Assembly: GCA_965223265.1 (NCBI GenBank)
Contig: OZ244999.1
Span: 448,001 to 512,000, forward strand
Length of the DNA: 64,000 nt
From: Planctomycetota bacterium
Lineage (GTDB): Bacteria > Planctomycetota > UBA8108 > SXIK01
Direction of reading: 5' to 3'
The translations under genes were made by a program, and so were the position numbers. The notes below the pieces were generated by a model. The model saw nothing but the letters and a program-made list of their open reading frames with translations, had not been told where the DNA came from and made no database searches. Each line of letters opens with the position of its first letter. Positions within the stretch are counted from its first letter, which is position 1. Below are positions 29,587 through 39,256 of the stretch, piece after piece.

Positions 29587-30411
29587 TCAGTCGCTCGCGT
29601 TCATCGCCTGCTGCAGGGTCGTGAGCGCCGTGCGTGCCACCGTCTCGGGATCCGGACTATAGTCGAACGGCTCCGATGACACCCAGCCCCTGTAGCCGCT
29701 CGCTTTCAGCGCGGACAGGACCGGCGTGAAATCCATCTCGCCCATGCCGGGGCCGACGCCGCTCGGCTCGTTGGCGTGAAAATAGCCGGTGCCAGCGCCA
29801 TGTTTGTCGATCGTGCCGATGATTCCGTCCGGCATTCCGGACATGGCTTTGCAGTCGAGCATGTAGCCAACGTTCGGGTGGTGGACGTCACGACCGATCG
29901 ACAAGGCGTCCTCGATCGTCTGAATGAAGTTCGTTTCGTTCGGATGGAGAGCTTCGACGAGAAGATGCACACCGCGTGCTGCGAGCGTATCGCCGAGCTG
30001 GCGGAGCGAATCGACCGCTCGTGCCCGCACGCCGACTGGATCGCCGCCTTCGGGAATGTTGCGCTGCGCCGGCGAGCCTAAGATCATGACGCGGCCGCCA
30101 AGGTCGGCGCAAAAATCCGTGAGCGAACGGAGGTAATCGACCGTGCGGCTGCGTACTGCGTCATCGTCTGTCGTCAGGTGAAGTCCCTTGGGTGAGACGA
30201 GCAGCCAATGGAGGCCGACGATGTCGATGCCACAGTCTGCGGCGCAGCCGCGGATTGCTTTCCGTTCCTCGGCCGAGACGTCGTCCACTGATTCTGCGAC
30301 CGTGAACGGCGCGATCTCAATGCCATCGAACCCGAGTTCAGCGACCGTCTGGATTGTGTCGACGATCGGCGTCTTGAAGACTTCGCTGCAGAGTGCCAAC
30401 TTGAAGCTCAC
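29587..30411 (-). CDS. Sugar phosphate isomerase/epimerase (TIM barrel, D-psicose/tagatose 3-epimerase-like)
   Basis: GFDGIEIAPF, GLHWLL, GSP..R, EAL...ETNF, HAN, SEPF. Confidence 0.88.
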   Translation of the reverse strand: MSFKLALCSEVFKTPIVDTIQTVAELGFDGIEIAPFTVAESVDDVSAEERKAIRGCAADCGIDIVGLHWLLVSPKGLHLTTDDDAVRSRTVDYLRSLTDFCADLGGRVMILGSPAQRNIPEGGDPVGVRARAVDSLRQLGDTLAARGVHLLVEALHPNETNFIQTIEDALSIGRDVHHPNVGYMLDCKAMSGMPDGIIGTIDKHGAGTGYFHANEPSGVGPGMGEMDFTPVLSALKASGYRGWVSSEPFDYSPDPETVARTALTTLQQAMNASD

Positions 30412-30642
30412 GTGTGCCTCTCCCGTTCGGTAAATAGAAGACAACGATCTTATCCTCTCCCTCTCCTGCGATCAAATGTCGCAATCTCTTGCGCTTGATC
30501 CGCAGGGAGCAGCGGGGGAGTCGGTTCAGAATTGGCGATACCTTCCGTCGAGCGCTAAACTTCCCATTTCGCGTCCCGCGGCTCCAATTCGAGCTGCGCG
30601 CAGGGGCGCACTTCGCTCACAACTGACAACGCGCGTAGCCCC

Positions 30643-31824
30643 GTGAACCTGACCGAACCCGTCTCCCCCATCCCGGATGAACACGACTGGGGGCAAACCT
30701 CTCTTCTGAGCTACCACGGCCCAGACGGCAAGCCGTTGACGCCGGTAGTCCCGGACGCGGAAATTCAGCAACTCAGCTGGAATGCGCGCTATGAGGTGCG
30801 TCGCCGATTGGGTCAGGGTGCGCAGGGCGTCGTGTACTTAGCCAGGCGCAGCGGCGCAGATGGTTACTTCACGAACGTCGCGCTCAAGGTCTTCTTTCGC
30901 CACCCGAGATTGAGCGCGGAAGCGTATACCGAGGAAATGCGCCGGATCGCGACACAGTCGCAGCGCGTGAGCCAGATTCAGCACGACAATATCATCTCGA
31001 TTCGCGATTTCGTGTCTCTCGATGACACGCGTGTCATGGTCGTCGAGTGGGTCGATGGACTCGACCTGGCGCGGCTCTTGGATCTGAGGCGACTGAAACA
31101 GCTGCAGCGGCGATTGCCTGAGAAGATGGGTCGACATCTCACCGACGTACTGGTCGAGCCGGGTGAAGATCACTGCCGCGTCAAGCCGGGCATCGCGGTC
31201 GATATCTTGCGCGGCTGTTTGGCGGGGCTGTCATCTCTCCACCACGCGGGCATCGCGCACTGCGACTTGAAACCGTCGAACGTCATGGTGAAGCGCACCG
31301 GAACGAAGAAGCTGATCGATCTGGACAGCTCCCTCTTGATCACTGAGTCGCAAGGGAAGCTTCGTGGCACACCGTACTACATGGCGCCTGAGCAGCTTCT
31401 TGGCAAACCCCTTCGATTGCGTTCTGACGTTGCCAGTTTGGGTTATATGTTGATCGAGATGTTGACGGGGAAGTACCTCTTTAGAAAGGCGGAGTCGATC
31501 AGTCAGCTTCTGCTTGCGAAGCAGAATCTGCCGAAACAGCTGCACACGGTGCTCCCACGTGAGATCCGCCGCGACGAGTTGTTGTACGGGCTGATCAGCA
31601 AGATGATCGCCGTCGATCCGCAAGATCGTTTCCCGGATGCTGACGCCGCGGAGCTCGACAAGGTCGGCGCCGTCAGCTTCCATCGCCATTTGGTCAAGAC
31701 CGATCTGGACACCGAATACGAGCGTGAGCTTGCGTGGTGGCTCGAGCTCCTTCACGCGCACGATTTGTACCGCGGGAACGAGGGGATCGAGGGTCCCGCT
31801 GCGCCGCGCGACTCGACAGTTTGA
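30643..31824 (+). CDS. Ser/Thr protein kinase (soluble)
   Basis: LGQGAQGVVY, VALK, HCDLKPSN, GTPYYMAPEQ. Confidence 0.9.
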   Translation: MNLTEPVSPIPDEHDWGQTSLLSYHGPDGKPLTPVVPDAEIQQLSWNARYEVRRRLGQGAQGVVYLARRSGADGYFTNVALKVFFRHPRLSAEAYTEEMRRIATQSQRVSQIQHDNIISIRDFVSLDDTRVMVVEWVDGLDLARLLDLRRLKQLQRRLPEKMGRHLTDVLVEPGEDHCRVKPGIAVDILRGCLAGLSSLHHAGIAHCDLKPSNVMVKRTGTKKLIDLDSSLLITESQGKLRGTPYYMAPEQLLGKPLRLRSDVASLGYMLIEMLTGKYLFRKAESISQLLLAKQNLPKQLHTVLPREIRRDELLYGLISKMIAVDPQDRFPDADAAELDKVGAVSFHRHLVKTDLDTEYERELAWWLELLHAHDLYRGNEGIEGPAAPRDSTV

Positions 31825-31829
31825 GGAAG

Positions 31830-32867
31830 TCAGTAACGTCCGTCGCGCGTCTCAAAATGAGTCGGCTTGTCGAAGGTCTTCCCTCCTGCGCGCACCCATG
31901 CCGCGACCCACGTGATCATCTGGTCGACGCTGACGGACTGCTCGCCCAGCAGCGATCGCGCCTTCGAGTCGTCGCTTAAGAATGCGTTAGGTCCCTCAGA
32001 GCCTTCCAGTTTCGCCTTCCGACCGAGGAGCTCTGACAGTCTCAGCGCTATGGAGCGCACGCTCACGACGTCGTTTCCTGCGACGTTGACGATCGCCGGC
32101 GGCGACGCGGCCAGCTTGAATGCGCTCAGGCACATCGCGTTGGCGTCACCTTGCCAGATCAAGTTCACGTGCCCGGTTTCCAAGCGAATTGGCTCGCCGT
32201 TCCAAACGCGTCGCGCGATGTCGAGCACGACTCCATAGCGCAGCTCGACCGCGTAGTTGAGACGAATCGTGGCGACGCGGGTAGAGTGAGCGCGGCTGAA
32301 GTGCTCGAAAATCCTCTCGCGTCCGAGGCAGCTCATCGAGTACTCCCCGATCGGCTGCGGTGGGTCTTCCTCACGTGCGCCGCCGCTGCCGACGCTGCGG
32401 AGACCGTAGACGTTTCCGGTCGAAAAGACGACCAGTCGGCTGTCTCGGTAGCGCTCTGCAATGAGCGCCGGGACATGTGTGTTCATCGCCCACGTAAGAG
32501 ACTCGTTGCCACTCGAGCCAAATTTGCGCCCCGCCATGAAAACGACGTTCGGTGCTTCGTCGAGTCGACTGAGAGCGGTGCGATCAAGAAGATCGCACGT
32601 GCGTGTCTCAACTCCACTTCGTTCGCACGACTCTCGCGCCGCCGCGTCAGAGAACCGCGACACCGCGATGACGCGACGAGGGCAGCCAGCAAGCGCGCTG
32701 GCACGGACGGCCATTTGCGCTAACGTCGGCCCCATCTTGCCGCCGGCGCCGAGAACGAGGACGTCGCCCTCGAGCTCTTTGAACTGACTCACCAGCCCGC
32801 TGCTCGGCCGACTCAGCAGTTCGTCGAGCGCTGATTCTGATTCGACGTGATCAGGTAGTTCACCCAT
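31830..32867 (-). CDS. NAD-dependent epimerase/dehydratase
   Basis: GAGGKMG, MAGRKFG, STGNVY, RLNYAVELRYG. Confidence 0.88.
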   Translation of the reverse strand: MGELPDHVESESALDELLSRPSSGLVSQFKELEGDVLVLGAGGKMGPTLAQMAVRASALAGCPRRVIAVSRFSDAAARESCERSGVETRTCDLLDRTALSRLDEAPNVVFMAGRKFGSSGNESLTWAMNTHVPALIAERYRDSRLVVFSTGNVYGLRSVGSGGAREEDPPQPIGEYSMSCLGRERIFEHFSRAHSTRVATIRLNYAVELRYGVVLDIARRVWNGEPIRLETGHVNLIWQGDANAMCLSAFKLAASPPAIVNVAGNDVVSVRSIALRLSELLGRKAKLEGSEGPNAFLSDDSKARSLLGEQSVSVDQMITWVAAWVRAGGKTFDKPTHFETRDGRY

Positions 32868-33825
32868 TGTTCTGTTCTCGGTCAGGTTGCGCACTCCTCT
32901 CGCGGTCGCGTGCGCGTCGGTCTACAGGCCGTCGTAGTCTGCCCGCCAGACCGAGGCGGACGAGAAGAGCCGTCAGTATGAAGGCCGCACCGGCGATCGT
33001 CCACGGTGCAGGCGTTTCGGTGGCTACCGCGAATGCCCATAGGGGCACAAGGAGCGGCTCGAGGAGCGCGATCAACGCTGCGTCCTGGCTCGGCAGGATG
33101 CGTAGTCCACGGGCGAAGAGAACGTAGGGTAGCCCCATCTGAAAAAAGCCGAAAGCGATGAGTAATGCTAGCTGAGTCGAGGTTGGCCAAATACCAATCC
33201 AGATCAATGGAGGGAGTAGGCAAACCGCAGCCACGAGATGATTGAGAGCGACCAACCATGCTGCGTCGTGGGCGCGCAGCGTGCGCAGAAAAATGATCAC
33301 GGCGCCGTAGGTGACGCCTGAAGCCAGACCGCAGAGAATGCCGATCCGTCCTTGTCCGCCAAGTTCGAAATAGAGAATGACGCCGATTCCAATCAGTGCG
33401 ATGCCCACCGGGATGAGGTTGCGACGGTGCGCGGACTCGCCGAGAAGAAAGAGCGAACATAGAGCGACCCAGAGCGGCGCTGTGCTCTGCAGCCAGATCG
33501 CGTTCGCCGCGGTCGTTAGAGACATCGCGGTCAGAAAACTCGCGTTCATCAAGGCGAACGAAATGGTCATCGGAGCAATGCCGAGACTCCAACTCGGACG
33601 TCGCACCAGCGGCAAGACGATCAGCCCCGCAAAGAGCACACGCCAAAAGGCGAGGATCAGTCCGCGTTCGGATGCCGGCCAGGTAGCAAAGATCGATGCC
33701 TTCGCAAACAGACCGCTCGTGCTCCAAAGGGTTGCTGCGGCGAGGACGAGGACAACTCCACGCCTTCTGCTCGTCGTCGGCACGTTCTGTTGACCGCCGG
33801 TCGGAGGCGAATTGAGAGGCGTCAT
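32860..33825 (-). CDS. EamA/DMT family transporter
   Basis: 10 TM segments, LWSTSG, LLEP. Confidence 0.88.
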   Translation of the reverse strand: MTPLNSPPTGGQQNVPTTSRRRGVVLVLAAATLWSTSGLFAKASIFATWPASERGLILAFWRVLFAGLIVLPLVRRPSWSLGIAPMTISFALMNASFLTAMSLTTAANAIWLQSTAPLWVALCSLFLLGESAHRRNLIPVGIALIGIGVILYFELGGQGRIGILCGLASGVTYGAVIIFLRTLRAHDAAWLVALNHLVAAVCLLPPLIWIGIWPTSTQLALLIAFGFFQMGLPYVLFARGLRILPSQDAALIALLEPLLVPLWAFAVATETPAPWTIAGAAFILTALLVRLGLAGRLRRPVDRRARDRERSAQPDREQNNG

Positions 33826-34117
33826 TTTTGATCGGTTGGTTTCTCGAGCGGCGTGCTGCTTGATCTCGGGAGTCGAATCTCGTGCGGTGCCATCGTCAGG
33901 TTGACGAGCCGCTACGGGCGCTGTGCTGGCTGTGAGTGACCTTCGTATCTACCCATTCTTCGGCACTTGCCGTCAATCTTGCGTTCAGAACTTTACAAGC
34001 GAACCGGGCGAGGCTAAATTCCGATCTGACCAAATTGAGGTCGAGCGCTGGACGCTTATATCCACGCCTCGTAGGATTGCCGCCGCGGAGCGGACCAAGA
34101 AGCTGAAGGAGAAAGAG

Positions 34118-35017
34118 ATGCGCCACGGTGATCTCACGCGCGTCGTCGAGGTGAGCTGTGTGGTTGTCATGACCTGGGCGGTCGCCACTGGCTGCGCGTC
34201 GTCGAACTCGATTGACGTCACGGCGACTGACTCGACCGCCGGCGCCGAGTCAACCGAGGCGACGGTTCATGGCAGCAGGGGCGAAGGATGGGTGCAGATT
34301 GACGATACAGCCGATAGCCCTGGCGCGAACGACGACATCGGTCCGACACCATCGACTTTGCAGCACGAGGGCACCCAGAATCGGGAGCCGAGTGAAGAGT
34401 CGCAGACGCGTTTCGAATCGAGCGACGACACCCATAGCGCTGAACTCCTACGGCCTGATCGCCTGCAGCAGCAAGCTCCAGAGCGATTTCGCGTCAAGGT
34501 CGTGACAACGAAAGGAGACTTCCTGATCGACGTCCACCGCGAGTGGGCGCCGATCGGCGTGACGCGATTCTGGGGACTTGTGGATGCTGGATTCTACGAT
34601 GGGGTGGCGTTTTTCCGGGTGCTCGAAGACTACATCGTGCAGTTCGGGATCCATGGAGCGCCGGATGTGAGCCGCGTGTGGCGCAGTGCCCCCATATCAG
34701 ACGACCCGGTTTCCAGGTCGAATCGACGCGGAGTAATCTCCTTTGCGCACGGCGGCACTCCCGATTCGCGGTCGACCCAGCTATTCATCAATTTGGCGGA
34801 CCGTAATTCAGAGTTCCTGGACGAACGTCGCTATGTGCCAATCGGTCAAGTCATCGAAGGAATGGAGGTGGTCGAAAGTTTGTATGGCGGCTACGGCGAC
34901 AGTCCGCCCGATGGCCAGGGGCCGCGTCAAGATGTGCTCCAGCGTCAGGGGAATCCGTATCTGGCCGATTATTTTCCGAAGCTAGACTACATCAAAAGCG
35001 CGAAGATTCTCGATTAG
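34118..35017 (+). CDS. Cyclophilin-type peptidyl-prolyl isomerase, probable lipoprotein
   Basis: WAPIG, FYDGVAFFRV, QFG, RSTQLFINL; lipobox-like ATGC. Confidence 0.9.
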   Translation: MRHGDLTRVVEVSCVVVMTWAVATGCASSNSIDVTATDSTAGAESTEATVHGSRGEGWVQIDDTADSPGANDDIGPTPSTLQHEGTQNREPSEESQTRFESSDDTHSAELLRPDRLQQQAPERFRVKVVTTKGDFLIDVHREWAPIGVTRFWGLVDAGFYDGVAFFRVLEDYIVQFGIHGAPDVSRVWRSAPISDDPVSRSNRRGVISFAHGGTPDSRSTQLFINLADRNSEFLDERRYVPIGQVIEGMEVVESLYGGYGDSPPDGQGPRQDVLQRQGNPYLADYFPKLDYIKSAKILD

Positions 35018-35024
35018 TGCGAAG

Positions 35025-35441
35025 ATGTCTCGACTTCACCGTGAACTCATTTCGATTCGGGCTCCGCGCCGTGGGCTTCATGAGGTCACCGCGAGCTTAG
35101 AGACGATCGTTTCTTCCAGTGGCATTGACGACGGCATGTGTAATGTCTTCGTCCAGCACACGTCGGCGAGCCTTGTCATCAATGAGAACGCCGACCCGAC
35201 CGCGCGCGCCGACCTCGAGGCATTTCTCGATCGATTGGTGCCGGAGAACGAACCCTACTTTCGTCACACGATGGAAGGACCGGATGACATGCCGTCGCAC
35301 ATCAAGTCCATTCTGACGCATGTCAGCTTGACGATTCCGGTCGCCTCATCTCGTCTTGCCCTCGGAACGTGGCAGGGCGTCTATCTCTGGGAGCACCGAG
35401 ACCGGCCGCCGTCACGTACCCTCGTCGTTTCGGTTTACTGA
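35025..35441 (+). CDS. yjbQ: YjbQ/UPF0047 secondary thiamine-phosphate synthase family
   Basis: HTSASLVINENADP, EGPDDMPSHIK, LGTWQGVYLWEHR. Confidence 0.92.
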   Translation: MSRLHRELISIRAPRRGLHEVTASLETIVSSSGIDDGMCNVFVQHTSASLVINENADPTARADLEAFLDRLVPENEPYFRHTMEGPDDMPSHIKSILTHVSLTIPVASSRLALGTWQGVYLWEHRDRPPSRTLVVSVY

Positions 35442-35788
35442 TATACTGGCCGGCTAGCTCGAGTTTGGCCATTTCGCGTCGAGCCTGCCAGCGCCAGGAG
35501 CGTCGAGGCCAAGGAGCGACTCGGGCGCGATCCTGCTCGGGTCGTGGCGGAGGACGGGCGCGGGCATCGGCGCTCCTGGCGTTCCCCGAAGGGCCGGACA
35601 GGAGTTTTTGAACTTTCACAAGGGTTCTCAGGGTACAAAAAAGTTGAAAGGGCCTTTGAATCCCCGCGAAACTCGTCCGGCCAGGCCGGCGCGAAATCGC
35701 CAAACTCGAGGCTAGACCTTCGGCCGCGGCCGTACTCGCGGTGCCTTCATCATTGACCGTCCCCGTGGGTCCACGCCATGGAGAAACT

Positions 35789-38700
35789 GTGAGCCAGCGC
35801 TCAACGCGACGAGAAGAATGGGACATCGACGCAGCCCTGCGGATCCTGCAGGCTTCCATCGATCCTTACATTTGGGATCAAGGGCAGGAGCTGTACCGGC
35901 GCGGCGCCGTCAAGGATTTCGCCATGTCGCAGGACGGCAACATTCGCGTGATCGTCCTTGATCCTCGCGATGCGCGGAACTTTTTCGTTAGCGTTCGACG
36001 CGAGCACGATGGCCGGATCGTCTCACATTGCGCGTGTCCGTATCGCTTGAACGGCCGATGTAGACATCAAGTTGTCGCACTCGAGTATTTGCGCGCGATA
36101 GCCGGTGGGGAGGCTCAACCAACCAGTGCCGCCGCCGCTGATGCTGCCGTCGAGTCGCCGCGCGTCAGTGGAGGCGACGTCAGTGATGCGGCGGGGAAAG
36201 CAGGGCCGGTACTCTACCGCCTATTTGACCCTCCATGCGACGTGGTGACAGCGGAGGACGGTTCGCTGCTGCGCCTTGTACTGCTATCGCTCGGCTCGGC
36301 CACGACGGCGCACCGTGTGGCGCTTCAGCTTTTCACCACGACTGGCTGGGGAGAAGTACGGACGCCGGAACTCGATCGCTGGATCGGCCGCGGAGATGTT
36401 GGGCCGCACCCGCGTGATTTGGCGCTTCGATCGACGCTTGCCGGGGATGGAGGCATTCGAAATGACGTCGATTCCGAGACGTTTGGGTATCTTCTGACTG
36501 TCGTCGCCGAGAGTTCCGCGCTGGTTGACCGATCGGGAAATGTGCTTGCTGTCTCACGCGATCCTTGGCGTCTGCGCACCGATGTGGAACGTTCAGGTGA
36601 GACTTCAATCCGCGTGCGTTTCTCGTGCGTCTTCCCAGGGCGCGAGTCGCGTCGATTCGAAGAGGTGGCGCTCGTCCCTTCGACCAGCGCGTGGATCCAA
36701 CTCGACAGTGGCGCGTTCCATCCCCTGATCGCAGCCGTACCGGGGCCGCTACTCGCTGAGGTGCAGGTCGAAGAGCTGAGTGAGATCGCGCCGCCCGAAT
36801 TGGACCAGTTCTTGATCAGCGGCGTGCATCAGCTCGAACGTTTGACTCCCGGCATGTTCTTCATAGAGCCCGGTCTGATTCGAGAGGTGGAAGGTGTAGA
36901 TAGCGCGCGCGTCCGGTTGAGCGCCATTGGCGACGAGTCTAGTGGAGGCTTTGCCGGTCAGCTTGAATTCCTCTACGGCGACGAATGGGTCGAGGCGCCG
37001 AGCGATCCAACGCCTTGGACGATCGATCAAGGCGGCAAGATCCACCGCTACCCTGCGGCGGGGCAGTCCCTCGCAAAGGCGCGACGTGAGCTCGAGAATG
37101 TCGGCTTCCGCCACGCAGATGGCGAATGGCGGCTCGAAGGGGAAGACGCGCTCGAGCGCGTGTTATCACAAGCGCCAGATTCGTTCGTCTCATTCGATCT
37201 GCCGCAGGAAGCAGCCGCGCGTGATTTTGTGAGTCGCGCACCACGCGTCCGTGTTGCGGTAGAGACGACGGACGAGAACGCAGATGGGACCCCGCAGTTG
37301 CGGCTTTCTCTTGAGCTGTTCGATGGCGATCGGCGACTCAGTTTTTCCACCGCTGAATTTGCTGAGCTCACTCCGGCCGGACGTCGAGGCTTCTTTCGCC
37401 TAGAAGACGAATCGATTGTGGATCCACGCCATCCAGGAGTGCGCGATCTCATCGAGCTGCTCGCCGCCGCCCACCGTTCAGGATCTGAACCGAGCCTCGA
37501 GGATGGGCGGCTCTGCCTTTCTGCGCCCGCGAGTGCAGTCGCGCTCATAGCCGACGCCAGCGATGAAGTGGATTTGGAACTTTCGCCGCGGGTCGCCCGT
37601 CTGTGTGAGAGGTTGAGCGGGCATCGGCTGGACGGGTCGGAAGAGATCGACGCATCTGGTTTTCAGGACAGCGTCGTGAAAACGCTGCGTGAGTATCAAC
37701 TCGCAGCCGTTGCATGGTTCGGGGCGCTCGCCGAGTGGGGGCTCGCCGGAGTGCTTGCTGACGAGATGGGACTCGGAAAGACTTTGATGACTCTTGCGCA
37801 CTTCTTCGGGCGCACGACAGCCGGCGCGCGCTCAGGAGAAGCGGCAGAGCCGGGCCATGCGGCGCTACCGGTGTTGGTCGTCTGCCCGACGAGCCTGGTC
37901 TTCAATTGGCTTGACGAGACGCAGCGATTTTTTCCAGAGGTGCGGACGACGTCGCTGCAGGGACTGCCGCGAGAGAAGCGCGAGGCGCTCCTCGGTTCTG
38001 ATACTGATATGATCGTGACCTCCTACGCGCTGATGAGACGCGACCGGGAGGCGTTGGAAGCGCTGCAGTTTCGTGCTGTAGTCCTCGACGAGGCCCAGCA
38101 TGTCAAGAACGCGGCGAGCCAGACGGCGAAGGCCGCGTTTGCGCTCCGGGCGCAGCAGCGCTGGGCGCTCACCGGCACGCCGATGGAAAACCATCTTGGC
38201 GAGATCTGGTCGATCTTCCGTTTTCTGTTGCCGGGATTCCTCGGTACGCAAGACGAGTTCGTCAAGGAATACCGAGAGCCCGCGGAGCGAGGCGACGACA
38301 CGGCTGTGACGCAGTTGCGACGGCGAGTGCGTCCCTTCATCTTGCGCCGCACCAAGACGGAGGTTTTGACGGATCTCCCTGAGCTGATCGAGCAGACGCG
38401 ACGGGTGCCGCTGTCGCCGCTGCAGCGTCAACTCTACGACGCGGAGTTGGCGGCTGCGCGCGAAGTCGTAGAGGGAGCTGAGGGGCCACAGGCGCGCATC
38501 AAGGTTCTCGCTGCGCTGACTCGCCTGCGGCAGATCTGCTGCGATCCGGGATTGATTCTTGACGACGAAGACCTCGCAACACTGCGAACGACTGAGGAGA
38601 CCGTCGTCAGCAGCAAGATGGAGCTACTCCTCGAGTTGCTTGAGGAGTGTATCGATGAACAGCATCGCGTCCTTCTTTTCAGTCAATTCACCAGCATGCT

Positions 38701-39115
38701 TGATCTCATCGAGTTGCGCCTCGACGAACGTAGCGTCGATCGCTGTCGACTCGATGGCGCAACACGCGATCGCGAGGCTCAGGTGCGGCGTTTTCAGGGC
38801 GATGGCGCAGTGCCAATCTTTCTCATCAGTCTCAAGGCTGGCGGCTACGGTCTCAATCTGACCGCGGCCGACATCGTGATTCTTTTCGATCCATGGTGGA
38901 ACCCGGCGACGGAAGCCCAGGCCGTGGCGAGAGCTCATCGCATGGGGCAGATGATGCCCGTGCATGTTCATAAGCTGGTGGCCGCAGACACCGTCGAGGA
39001 AAGAATCCAGGAGCTTCAGGAGACGAAACGAGACCTGGCCTCCCGTCTTCTCGAAACGGGTGAAGATCCGTTCGCGCAGCTGAATCTCGATACCTTGCGC
39101 GAGCTTTTCGCGTAA
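35789..39115 (+). CDS. SWIM-domain SNF2/DEAD-like helicase
   Basis: CACP...CRH SWIM motif; LADEMGLGKT, DEAQ, TGTPMEN, SLKAGGYGLNL, DPWWNP. Confidence 0.93.
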   Translation: MSQRSTRREEWDIDAALRILQASIDPYIWDQGQELYRRGAVKDFAMSQDGNIRVIVLDPRDARNFFVSVRREHDGRIVSHCACPYRLNGRCRHQVVALEYLRAIAGGEAQPTSAAAADAAVESPRVSGGDVSDAAGKAGPVLYRLFDPPCDVVTAEDGSLLRLVLLSLGSATTAHRVALQLFTTTGWGEVRTPELDRWIGRGDVGPHPRDLALRSTLAGDGGIRNDVDSETFGYLLTVVAESSALVDRSGNVLAVSRDPWRLRTDVERSGETSIRVRFSCVFPGRESRRFEEVALVPSTSAWIQLDSGAFHPLIAAVPGPLLAEVQVEELSEIAPPELDQFLISGVHQLERLTPGMFFIEPGLIREVEGVDSARVRLSAIGDESSGGFAGQLEFLYGDEWVEAPSDPTPWTIDQGGKIHRYPAAGQSLAKARRELENVGFRHADGEWRLEGEDALERVLSQAPDSFVSFDLPQEAAARDFVSRAPRVRVAVETTDENADGTPQLRLSLELFDGDRRLSFSTAEFAELTPAGRRGFFRLEDESIVDPRHPGVRDLIELLAAAHRSGSEPSLEDGRLCLSAPASAVALIADASDEVDLELSPRVARLCERLSGHRLDGSEEIDASGFQDSVVKTLREYQLAAVAWFGALAEWGLAGVLADEMGLGKTLMTLAHFFGRTTAGARSGEAAEPGHAALPVLVVCPTSLVFNWLDETQRFFPEVRTTSLQGLPREKREALLGSDTDMIVTSYALMRRDREALEALQFRAVVLDEAQHVKNAASQTAKAAFALRAQQRWALTGTPMENHLGEIWSIFRFLLPGFLGTQDEFVKEYREPAERGDDTAVTQLRRRVRPFILRRTKTEVLTDLPELIEQTRRVPLSPLQRQLYDAELAAAREVVEGAEGPQARIKVLAALTRLRQICCDPGLILDDEDLATLRTTEETVVSSKMELLLELLEECIDEQHRVLLFSQFTSMLDLIELRLDERSVDRCRLDGATRDREAQVRRFQGDGAVPIFLISLKAGGYGLNLTAADIVILFDPWWNPATEAQAVARAHRMGQMMPVHVHKLVAADTVEERIQELQETKRDLASRLLETGEDPFAQLNLDTLRELFA

Positions 39116-39129
39116 CCCTGCGGTCGAGC

Positions 39130-39256
39130 GCGGAGGCAGAGGCAGAGGCAGAGGCGGAGGCAGAGGCGGAAGCAGAGGCGGAGGCAGAGGCAGAGGCGGA
39201 AGCAGAGGCGGAGGCAGAGGCAGAGGCAGAGGCAGAGGCAGGCAGAGGCAGAGGCA
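39130..39256 (+). repeat. (GAGGCA/GAGGCG)n hexamer microsatellite, left flank of IS array
   Basis: About 21 tandem units visible, with GAAGCA variants and one 2-nt slip near 39241. Confidence 0.97.
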
